Below, piece after piece: positions 25,500-33,530 of a stretch of 35,001 nucleotides of DNA. Origin of the DNA: Chitinophaga pinensis. GTDB taxonomy: Bacteria; Bacteroidota; Bacteroidia; Flavobacteriales_D; Crocinitomicaceae. The stretch spans positions 1 to 35,001 of the forward strand of contig CAMBMC010000001.1 in NCBI GenBank assembly GCA_945868555.1. Direction: 5' to 3'. Position 1 is the stretch's first letter. Each line of letters starts with the position of its first letter. The notes under the pieces were generated by a model. That model saw only the letters and a list, made by a program, of their open reading frames with translations, had not been told where the DNA came from and searched no databases. A program made the position numbers and the translations under genes.

Positions 25500-25913
25500 T
25501 TAATTTTTCTTGATCACGATTTCACCAGCATCAACAGTGCTTTTTTTGCCTGTTATTTCAACGCTTACAATGACCGCTTTTTGTTTGTCGGCATTCGCGG
25601 GTTCTGGCAAGACATCCTCGTACACATACAGTGTGTATTTTCCTGGCTGTAAGTACTTAAATTCGAATGTACCATCATAGCTGGCATTTACGTCATCGCT
25701 TGGAATTGTATTCCCTTCACCATAGCAGATGAACACTTTTTCGTCAGAACCGGGATAAATCCCCTCGAGTATTGATCCGCCAACATTGTAGTTGTTCACA
25801 GTTATTTTTCCAATAATGGACGAAGATCCACCCTGTCCTTCTACCTTTTGACAAGCAGAAAAAAGGAAGATTGCCACGGTAGAGAATCCAAAAGCAACAA
25901 GAATGCGTTTCAT
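25500..25913 (-). CDS. small lipoprotein with a beta-sandwich (carboxypeptidase-regulatory-like) body, hypothetical
   Basis: The ATG at 25913 gives MKRILVAFGFSTVAIFLFSAC (lipobox FSAC). The body has IIGKITV...DGTFEFKYLQPGKYTLYV. Confidence 0.55.
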   Translation of the reverse strand: MKRILVAFGFSTVAIFLFSACQKVEGQGGSSSIIGKITVNNYNVGGSILEGIYPGSDEKVFICYGEGNTIPSDDVNASYDGTFEFKYLQPGKYTLYVYEDVLPEPANADKQKAVIVSVEITGKKSTVDAGEIVIKKN

Positions 25914-25982
25914 TTGAGTGAATTTTATTAAGGTCAAAAACAACTAAAAACAACTAAACACCTGTTTTTAGCGTCTCAAAGC

Positions 25983-26007
25983 TACGAATACATTTAATAT
26001 ATTCGTA
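25983..26007. promoter_or_regulatory. perfect 8-bp inverted repeat TACGAATA-N9-TATTCGTA in a divergent promoter region
   Basis: Lies between the minus-strand lipoprotein gene (start 25913) and the plus-strand CotH gene (start 26065). Candidate operator; function untested. Confidence 0.25.
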
Positions 26008-26064
26008 ATATTGAAAAGTTTTGCGCCTTTGCGCGAAGTAAAAAACAAAAACTAAATCAACTTT

Positions 26065-29000
26065 ATGAAACGATTTTTACTCGTATTCGCCCTTTTAATA
26101 TGCTCTTTTGTAGCAAATTCCCAAATCATTATTAATGAATATTCGTGTTCCAATGTTGCTGGTCCCCTAGATTCCTATGGACAGCGCGAAGACTGGGTTG
26201 AGCTTTACAATACCTCAGGAACAGCTGTTGACTTGACGGGCTACTACCTTTCAGACAATTCCAATAACTTATTGAAATGGCAAGTCCCAAGCGGAAGCAT
26301 CAATGGAAATGGATTTAAAATGGTGTTTTGCTCGAGTAGAGGAACGGTGATTGCGAATGAATACCACCCAAGTTTTAACCTGAAACAAACGGAAGGTGAC
26401 TGGATCATTGTGTCGAATCCCGCGGGTAGTGTTGTGGATTCTATAAAGATGATTCACATGACAAAGGCAAACCACTCGGTAGGTCGTTCAACCAATGCTG
26501 CTCCTGATTGGAAATTGTTTACTACACCTACACCAAACGCAAACAATACAGGCGCAATAAACTTTTACACTCCAATACCTGTAATGAGCCTTGCTCCTGG
26601 GTTCTATACAGGAAGTCAAACAGTAACAATCACCTGCCCAGAACCAACAGCGACAATTCGCTATACAACAAACGGGAGTAACCCAACAACGACATCAACC
26701 CTTTATTCTGGACCCATTACAATTTCAGCGACCACAGTATTGCGCGCAGTGGCGTTTAGCACGAATCAAGCGTCTTATACCGAAACAAACACCTACTTTA
26801 TAAATGTTACGCATACGATTCCGGTTGTTTCGGTGTGTAGCCAAGACGTGTTTAACCTCGTGGCGAATGGTCAACAGGGAGGTGGAACCAAGGTGGGTTC
26901 ATTTGAATTGTTTGAGGATGACGGTACGTTTAAAGACGAAGGCCAGGGAGATTTTAACAAACACGGAAACGACTCTTGGGCCTATGGTCAACGCGGCTTT
27001 GATTACATAACACGTGACCAGTATGGATACGCAGCAGACATTGAACACAAAATATTCCCTGAAAAGACCCGCGAAAATTTCCAACGTGTCATGTTAAAGC
27101 CTGCGGCGAGTGACAATTATTCATTTGAAAATGGAGCGCACATCCGCGATGCGTTTATTCATACACTTTCGATTCGTGCCGACATGAAGTTGGACGAAAG
27201 AACATGGAGACCAGCGATTGTCTATCTAAATGGCCAGTATTGGGGAGTATATGAAATTCGTGAAAAAGCGGATGACCACGATTATACCAACTATTACTTT
27301 GATCAGAATAAATACAATCTTCAATACCTAAAAACTTGGGGGGGTACTTGGCAAGATTACGGTGCGCCAAACGCTCAGCCAGCTTGGGATGGGTTAAGAA
27401 ATTACATCTTGACTAACAATATGGCGAATGCAACAAACTTCAATTATGTGGATAGTTTATTGAACTGGCAATCGTTATGTGATTATTTCGTCTTCAATTC
27501 TTATGTTGTAAACCAAGACTGGTTGAATTGGAATACAGCATGGTGGAGAGGAATGGACCCACTTGGCGATAAGAAGAAATGGCGCTACACGCTTTGGGAT
27601 ATGGACGCTACTTTTGGGCATTACATTAACTACACAGGCATTCCAGATCCATCAGCAAATGCGGACCCGTGCAATGCTGAAAATCTACCCAATCCAGGTG
27701 GACAAGGACACACAGATATTCTTGAAAAATTAATCAATGAAAACCCCGCCGTTGAGCAATATTATGTGACGCGATACATTGACCTTGTGAACACTTATTT
27801 TTCGTGCAATTACATGAACCAATTGTTGGACAGTATGGTGAATGAAATTTCTCCGGAAATGCAAGGTCAAGTGAATAAATGGGGTGGTACTTTTACGGGT
27901 TGGCAGTCTCGCGTAAATCAGATGCAGACCTTTATGAATACACGTTGTACGGCATTGGCACAGGGATTAATTGATTGCTACCAGCTTTCAGGTCCTTATT
28001 CAGTGACATTTAACGTATCACCACCACTTTCTGGTGAAATTAAAGTCAATTCCATTTGGGCACCAACTTACCCTTGGACAACAAGTTACTTTGGAGGCAT
28101 CAATACAAACCTCATTGCAAGAGCCAATCCTGGTTTCATTTTCGACCATTGGGAATATACCACCGGCCCACTGGGCGCAGCTGTTACTCAAGACACGAAC
28201 AACATCAACATCGTTGGTGTTGAAAATATTGTTGCGGTATTCCTTGTGGACAACCCAGATCTTGATGGAGACGGTTTGTTGAATGTGGATGAAACGACCG
28301 TTGGCTCAGATCCGAACAATCCAGATACAGATGGAGATGGCGAAAACGACAGCTTAGAAGTAGGAGCGAACGTCCTTACCCCACTTGATATTGATGGGGA
28401 TGGAATTATCGATGCGCTTGAATCGTCGATTGTAGATACCGATGGAGATGGTGTCTTTGATGAGGCCGATCCTGCCAATACCGACCCATGTGTTCCGAAC
28501 ATCAACGCAGGCCCATGTGACCAAGACAATGACGGCTTGACAAACGCTCAAGAAGGAACACTAGGCACAGACTCAACCAATCCAGATACGGATGGCGACG
28601 GAATTAGCGATGGAATTGAAGTCACCAACAGTTCAAACCCATTGAATCCGTGTGACCCGAATGATTCATCTCCAGATTGTCAGGTAGACACAGATGCGGA
28701 TGGGGTAACCGATGCCCAAGAAGCGGTGGATGGAACAAGCACAACAGATCCATGTTCGTATGTGGTGGCATCAATCACGTTGCCAATCACTTCAGGTACA
28801 GATTGCGACAGCGACGGTTTATTGGATATAGATGAAATCGCAAATGGCAGCAACCCGTTTGATCCATGTGACCCGAATAACGCAGGAATCGATTGCATCA
28901 ATGGCATCTATCTTCCAACAGGATTCTCGCCAAACGGCAATGGTCCAAACATGAATGAAACATTGGAAATCCTCGTTGGACAAGATGTGGCAAGCTTTAC

Positions 29001-29181
29001 ACTTTACATCTATGACCGTTGGGGAAATAAGATGGTACAAACAAGCGACAAAAACTTTACGTGGGACGGAAGCTACGACGGAAAACCATGCAATGCAGGT
29101 GTTTATGCGTATATTCTTGACGTGAAGTTTGTTACAGGGATTGAGGAGACGCGCTCAGGTAATATCACACTAATCCGATGA
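26065..29181 (+). CDS. secreted multidomain protein: LTD, Fn3-associated/chitobiase-C-like module, CotH kinase-family domain, TSP3-type calcium-binding repeats and a T9SS type-B C-terminal sorting domain
   Basis: Signal peptide. LTD (IIINEYS..DWVELYN..YYLSDN). TVTITCPEPTATIRYTTNGSNPT...VLRAVAF. CotH-like core (RVMLKPAASD...IRDAFIHTLS...VYLNGQYWGVYEIREK). Repeated DxDxDGxxDxxE units (DPNNPDTDGDGENDSLE and others). CTD (LPTGFSPNGNGPNMNETL...IYDRWGNKMV...WDGSYDGKP..GVYAYIL...GNITLIR). Confidence 0.8.
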   Translation: MKRFLLVFALLICSFVANSQIIINEYSCSNVAGPLDSYGQREDWVELYNTSGTAVDLTGYYLSDNSNNLLKWQVPSGSINGNGFKMVFCSSRGTVIANEYHPSFNLKQTEGDWIIVSNPAGSVVDSIKMIHMTKANHSVGRSTNAAPDWKLFTTPTPNANNTGAINFYTPIPVMSLAPGFYTGSQTVTITCPEPTATIRYTTNGSNPTTTSTLYSGPITISATTVLRAVAFSTNQASYTETNTYFINVTHTIPVVSVCSQDVFNLVANGQQGGGTKVGSFELFEDDGTFKDEGQGDFNKHGNDSWAYGQRGFDYITRDQYGYAADIEHKIFPEKTRENFQRVMLKPAASDNYSFENGAHIRDAFIHTLSIRADMKLDERTWRPAIVYLNGQYWGVYEIREKADDHDYTNYYFDQNKYNLQYLKTWGGTWQDYGAPNAQPAWDGLRNYILTNNMANATNFNYVDSLLNWQSLCDYFVFNSYVVNQDWLNWNTAWWRGMDPLGDKKKWRYTLWDMDATFGHYINYTGIPDPSANADPCNAENLPNPGGQGHTDILEKLINENPAVEQYYVTRYIDLVNTYFSCNYMNQLLDSMVNEISPEMQGQVNKWGGTFTGWQSRVNQMQTFMNTRCTALAQGLIDCYQLSGPYSVTFNVSPPLSGEIKVNSIWAPTYPWTTSYFGGINTNLIARANPGFIFDHWEYTTGPLGAAVTQDTNNINIVGVENIVAVFLVDNPDLDGDGLLNVDETTVGSDPNNPDTDGDGENDSLEVGANVLTPLDIDGDGIIDALESSIVDTDGDGVFDEADPANTDPCVPNINAGPCDQDNDGLTNAQEGTLGTDSTNPDTDGDGISDGIEVTNSSNPLNPCDPNDSSPDCQVDTDADGVTDAQEAVDGTSTTDPCSYVVASITLPITSGTDCDSDGLLDIDEIANGSNPFDPCDPNNAGIDCINGIYLPTGFSPNGNGPNMNETLEILVGQDVASFTLYIYDRWGNKMVQTSDKNFTWDGSYDGKPCNAGVYAYILDVKFVTGIEETRSGNITLIR

Positions 29182-30206
29182 TAATGAAGAGAGGATTGAT
29201 CGCAGTTGCTTTTGCCTTGCCGTTTTTAGGTTCTGCACAAGACATTCATTTTTCGCAGACCGCACAAACGCCTTTGTTGATTAATCCGGCATGCGCGGGT
29301 GTTTACGACGGTTGGGAGCGCGTGGTTGTCAATCACCGAAATCAATGGCTTGGAGCTGGAACACAATTTATGACCAGTGTGGTTGCGGCCGACGCCAACT
29401 TCGGTAAGAACCGTGATAATTCGAAAGCGCACATGGGTCTCGGCTTGTTGTTTTACAATGACATTGGCGGAGATTCGCGTTTTGGCAATCAGACCGGAGC
29501 AATAACCTTAAGCGGTATTTTGCCAATGGGTAAAACTGGTCATATCCTTTCCGCTGGAATTCAAGGTGGTTTTGGCAACCGAACAGCCGATTATTCTAAA
29601 TTGAGTTTTTCTTCTCAATGGTCGGGAGGCGGTTTCGATCAAACGATTGCCTCTGGTGAAGCAGCATCGGCGTCATTTCGTTACATCGACGCATCGGCAG
29701 GAATTTACTACGTGTACGATGGTGGAAAATCAACCTTTGCCCGAAACAATGACTTTAAGCTTCAGCTAGGTGTTTCAGGATATCACTTGAATCGTCCCGT
29801 GTTGAAGTATGCCACAGTGAATGGCGATCGCATGTACAGTAAGTTTGTTTTTCATGGCGCGGTAACGACAGATCTTGCGGATACAGATTGGTCTTTGGAT
29901 GCCAGTGTCTTAGAGTTTATTCAAGGACCCCATTTGGAAACAATGCTTGGAATGATGTTTAAATACCGCTTCAAAGACGGAACAAAAATTACAGGATATA
30001 GTCAAGATGCGTACTTTGGTTTTGGTGCATATTACCGCTTGAATGATGCGGTAATTCCTTCGATCATGGTTGACTTCCGCGGATTCCGCTTTGGTGTGTC
30101 TTATGATGCAACGGTGTCTTCGATGGTGCGCGCCTACAAGGGTGGTTCAATAGAGTTTTCCTTGTCCTACACAAACTTGAGCCACGCCTTGTTTAAAAAG
30201 CGATAG
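29178..30206 (+). CDS. PorP/SprF-family type IX secretion system membrane protein
   Basis: Signal peptide, then the family signature AQDIHFSQTAQTPLLINPACAG. A beta-barrel-like body of about 320 aa. ATGA overlap with the upstream type-B CTD cargo gene. An alternative start is at 29184. Confidence 0.8.
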   Translation: MIMKRGLIAVAFALPFLGSAQDIHFSQTAQTPLLINPACAGVYDGWERVVVNHRNQWLGAGTQFMTSVVAADANFGKNRDNSKAHMGLGLLFYNDIGGDSRFGNQTGAITLSGILPMGKTGHILSAGIQGGFGNRTADYSKLSFSSQWSGGGFDQTIASGEAASASFRYIDASAGIYYVYDGGKSTFARNNDFKLQLGVSGYHLNRPVLKYATVNGDRMYSKFVFHGAVTTDLADTDWSLDASVLEFIQGPHLETMLGMMFKYRFKDGTKITGYSQDAYFGFGAYYRLNDAVIPSIMVDFRGFRFGVSYDATVSSMVRAYKGGSIEFSLSYTNLSHALFKKR

Positions 30207-30343
30207 ACTTATACCTTGCAATGTAATCTGGGATAATGTAGTGACTTATGCCGCCTTGAATTTCTAGGCCCAATTCATCCCCTCCTCTGCGGTAGAAAAA
30301 TCTAAGTATGTCTAAATTGTTGAACCAAATTTTGTCTGGATTT

Positions 30344-30586
30344 TTATTTCTTAGCCAATCCCCGGAAGAAAGAAATGATGCGGTGGCGGAATAAAAACAT
30401 GATCAATAAATAAGGAATCAGCATCAAGTACAAGATACCAGAGTTGATGCTACTTCCGAATGATCCCTCATCCAATCCTGATCCTTGATCTGTCATCATA
30501 CGACATTGTGAACACCCTTGTGAAAAGGAATGTGCAGCACACATAAAAAGCACTGCAACGGTTAAGATGATTTGACGTATTTTCAT
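30344..30586 (-). CDS. small exported/membrane protein with a CxxC motif and a C-terminal TM anchor, hypothetical
   Basis: 80 aa. Signal-like MKIRQIILTVAVLFMCAAHSFSQ, then GCSQCRMM, a G/S/D-rich linker, the TM GILYLMLIPYLLIMFLF and a basic tail RHRIISFFRGLAKK. Confidence 0.5.
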   Translation of the reverse strand: MKIRQIILTVAVLFMCAAHSFSQGCSQCRMMTDQGSGLDEGSFGSSINSGILYLMLIPYLLIMFLFRHRIISFFRGLAKK

Positions 30587-30686
30587 GAAACAAAGGTACT
30601 ACAAAATGCAATTCACGCTTTTTTTATTCGACAAAATCACCAGTATAGTTATCTAGTTATCCATTCGAAATCCACAGATTTTAGCG

Positions 30687-30694
30687 TAACTTTG
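30687..30694 (+). promoter_or_regulatory. candidate -7 promoter box (TAACTTTG) for the TPR lipoprotein gene
   Basis: Exact TAnnTTTG match, 24 nt upstream of the ATG at 30718. A tandem TAGTTATC-TAGTTATC lies at 30646-30661, around the -35 region. Confidence 0.35.
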
Positions 30695-30717
30695 CTGCTC
30701 GATATCAAGTGCGCTTC

Positions 30718-31767
30718 ATGAAACAACTATTATTTATCACGCTCCTTCTTTTTACTGCATGCACAGGAAATGAGCAATTGACGAAGGTCCCAAAAGATTT
30801 GGATAGTTTGGTGGTTTTTCGTCAAAAGGAATTCAACGCGGATCCAAAGAATGCTGATGCACGAAAATTGTTGGTCGATGCCTTGGTGTCCCGTGGAACC
30901 CAACGCATGAAAACGCAGGATTTCAATGGTGCACTGAAGGACGCTGCCTCAGCCTTTGGAAAAGACAGTACGGCGTTTGAATCACGGCTCTTGTATGCCA
31001 ATGTGTTGAACAACAGCCCTAATCGATCAGAAGACGACAAGGCCATTGCCAAAAGGCATTACAAGGTTTTGCTAAAACAACAACCGAAGAACGCGACCGT
31101 TCTCGTCGGTCTTGCCTCATCCTTTGCCCAATTGATGGATTTCGAAAGCGCATTTAAGTACATTCGAAAGGCACAAAAAATTGACCCGAGATATAGAGAT
31201 TCTTACACATTGGAGGGGTCTATTTACCGTCTTTTGGCTCAAATGGAGGAAGACCCTCGTTACTTGGAAAAAGCAAAGTCGGCCTATGAGCGCGCCGTGC
31301 AAGAAGACCCAAAATTCTACGAGGCGGACATGATGTTGGGAATGCTTTATGAGGCAGAAGGAAATCCAATTTGTATGGAATACTATACCACCGCTGTGAA
31401 GCTCCAGCCAAAGAATCCAGAAGTCATCTTCTCCCTGGCCTATGCCAAACAACAGTTCAATGAACCAAATGAAGCACTCCGTTTGTACCGCAAAATGGCT
31501 GTACTTGACACGGCGTTTTATCAGGCACAAGCATTAAATCAAATAGGGGTGATTAAACAATACGAATACAAGGAAATAGACAGCGCCATTTATTATTACA
31601 ATTCAGCAACCCTGAGCAATCCAACCTTGTCCAATGCCTGGCATAATTTAGGAGTCTGCTATGAACAAAAAGGAGAGCGCATCAAGGCGATTGCTGCATA
31701 CCGTTGGGCTGTAAAATACGACCCCAATATGAAGATTTCGAAAGACCGAATTGAAGCTCTGCTTTAA
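30718..31767 (+). CDS. tetratricopeptide-repeat (TPR) lipoprotein
   Basis: MKQLLFITLLLFTAC (lipobox FTAC) from the ATG at 30718. Several 34-aa TPR-like units follow (for example AWHNLGVCYEQKGERIKAIAAYRWAVKYDPN). Confidence 0.7.
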   Translation: MKQLLFITLLLFTACTGNEQLTKVPKDLDSLVVFRQKEFNADPKNADARKLLVDALVSRGTQRMKTQDFNGALKDAASAFGKDSTAFESRLLYANVLNNSPNRSEDDKAIAKRHYKVLLKQQPKNATVLVGLASSFAQLMDFESAFKYIRKAQKIDPRYRDSYTLEGSIYRLLAQMEEDPRYLEKAKSAYERAVQEDPKFYEADMMLGMLYEAEGNPICMEYYTTAVKLQPKNPEVIFSLAYAKQQFNEPNEALRLYRKMAVLDTAFYQAQALNQIGVIKQYEYKEIDSAIYYYNSATLSNPTLSNAWHNLGVCYEQKGERIKAIAAYRWAVKYDPNMKISKDRIEALL

Positions 31768-31770
31768 GCG

Positions 31771-32358
31771 ATGAAGTTGAATCCAAAGTTTATTCAAGTA
31801 GCAGCCGATGCCGCTATCCCGCTCATGGGTTTTTTCCTGTGGGAATGGAACCTCTATTTTATATTCCTTTTTTATCTGATCGATTTATTTGCAACAGAAA
31901 TCATCGCTCATTTATCTGCTCGAAAAATCAATGAATACCATGCTCAAAAACGGCTAGACCTAAAGCGCCCGTTCATTTCTTTGGCCTTGTTTATGGCTTC
32001 ATTGTTCGTCGTACATGCTTTCATTGCCGCTGCTGTTCCTGGAATTGATTTTAAAAAGGAGGCGCTTGCATTTTGGTCGTATGAAGACATGGGAATCGCA
32101 CAAGGTTACATATTGATTCCGCTTGTCCTATTTGTTGCCATTCAGCGCTACCGCATGGAGTTCTTGATGCGCGGAAAATTCCGAACAATTCAACCTTCCG
32201 TTTTTTGGCAGGGGCATTTTCGCATGTATTTCATGCTGATTGGAAGCGTGGGAATTGTACTTGGGCTCGCGTTATTGATCACCCTTCCTGAACTTGTGTA
32301 TGTCTTGTCTGCGATAGCTTCCACAACACTATATACGCTTTATTTTAAAGCAGACTGA
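31771..32358 (+). CDS. hypothetical multi-pass membrane protein
   Basis: 195 aa with about 5-6 hydrophobic helices, 3 nt after the TPR gene stop. Possibly DUF6498-like (IPLMGFFLWEWNLYFIFLFYLIDL), but not verified. Confidence 0.5.
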   Translation: MKLNPKFIQVAADAAIPLMGFFLWEWNLYFIFLFYLIDLFATEIIAHLSARKINEYHAQKRLDLKRPFISLALFMASLFVVHAFIAAAVPGIDFKKEALAFWSYEDMGIAQGYILIPLVLFVAIQRYRMEFLMRGKFRTIQPSVFWQGHFRMYFMLIGSVGIVLGLALLITLPELVYVLSAIASTTLYTLYFKAD

Positions 32359-33527
32359 CCTGTTCGTTTAACCCAGCGTGGCAGTAGAATGGCCCCAATA
32401 AAAAGGTAAGGGAAATAGGAAATTAAACGCCATAGTACTGCAATTCCAGCCAGCATGGCAGCAGACATCCCGAAAGGCATCAACAATTCTCCAAAGGCAT
32501 ATTCAGCCACACCACTTCCTCCAGGTGTTGGACTAATCAACATAAAGATCCAAAGCACCAGCTGTTTTCCTAGGATAAGTATGTGGTCCATGATTCCTAA
32601 ATGGAGAAAGGCCTGGAGTAAAGCGTTGATCACCAAATAACGACAAATCCAACTGCAGCATGTGAAAAGAAAAGTTTTGCCCCAAAAGGAGAGCGGTTCT
32701 TTTCTCAGCTCTTTGGATGAAACAATTAAGTCCTCCGCTGTGCGCGAAACACCCCCTTTCCAGCGCTTCAAAAAGGGAAGCTTAAACAGTGTATTCAGGA
32801 ACCAAGCCGACCATGAGGGCAGAATAAACACCGCGAAAAACAGAAATAGACAGGCAATCAGTATAATTGAAAAACCAATCCAGAACACCCATTGAACGCC
32901 CAAACTAAAGATGGTGTTTTCAGGAAATAGTGAGGAGCTATCGATAAATAAAAAGACGAGCGGAATCAAAAGCACATAAAACAGGTTGTCCATCATGGTG
33001 GTGATGAATACAATGGCGGTTGAACGCCCCAAGGGGATCTTTTCACGATTTAAGATAAACATGGCAACGGCAGCCCCACCAACAACACCAGGAGAAAGTG
33101 CTGAGGCAAACTCCCACAGCATGATGACAAGGAACGAGGATTTCCAACTGAGCTTCTTCCGCGTCAATACCCGAATGCGAATCATGTAAAAGAGGTCGCG
33201 ACCAACCATGAAAAGAACGGCAATGAAGATCCACATGAACGAGGACCCTGTCCATTCGAGCTGCTTTAGAGCATCAGAAGCGTGCTGCTTGATGTAATCT
33301 CCTTGAGGCACAGCCATGAACTCGTGACGGTTGTGGATGTCGATTTTTCCGTTTTTATTGGAGTCACGCCATGCGTAATCACCCTTTCCATCTTTAACCT
33401 TTATAAATTGCACTTGTCGTACACCAGAAAACAAGAGGATTGCGGCAATCAATAACCCTAAGCCAACCGCCAACCAAATTTTCCATGGCTTAAAGGAATT
33501 TTTAAGGATGTCGTGTTGTTCTTCCAT
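32340..33527 (-). CDS. lysylphosphatidylglycerol-synthase-TM-region (UPF0104, flippase-like) family membrane protein
   Basis: About 8 TM helices. The characteristic SPTPGGSGVAEYAFGELL motif lies near the C-terminus. A ~55-aa hydrophilic loop follows TM1. Confidence 0.65.
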   Translation of the reverse strand: MEEQHDILKNSFKPWKIWLAVGLGLLIAAILLFSGVRQVQFIKVKDGKGDYAWRDSNKNGKIDIHNRHEFMAVPQGDYIKQHASDALKQLEWTGSSFMWIFIAVLFMVGRDLFYMIRIRVLTRKKLSWKSSFLVIMLWEFASALSPGVVGGAAVAMFILNREKIPLGRSTAIVFITTMMDNLFYVLLIPLVFLFIDSSSLFPENTIFSLGVQWVFWIGFSIILIACLFLFFAVFILPSWSAWFLNTLFKLPFLKRWKGGVSRTAEDLIVSSKELRKEPLSFWGKTFLFTCCSWICRYLVINALLQAFLHLGIMDHILILGKQLVLWIFMLISPTPGGSGVAEYAFGELLMPFGMSAAMLAGIAVLWRLISYFPYLFIGAILLPRWVKRTGQSALK

Positions 33528-33530
33528 CTC

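Noticed and set aside
30591-30598. TAnnTTTG box (TACCTTTG on the minus strand) as the promoter of the 80-aa gene
   Set aside because: It ends only 5 nt from the annotated ATG, so a transcript starting downstream of it would begin inside the ORF. It is not listed as a promoter feature.
33330-33380. EF-hand calcium site in the loop of the flippase-like protein (DSNKNGKIDIHN)
   Set aside because: Positions 1, 3, 5, 6, 8 and 9 fit an EF-hand-like loop. Position 12 is Asn rather than the bidentate Glu/Asp, and there are no flanking helices typical of EF-hands. It is noted in a finding but not called as a feature.
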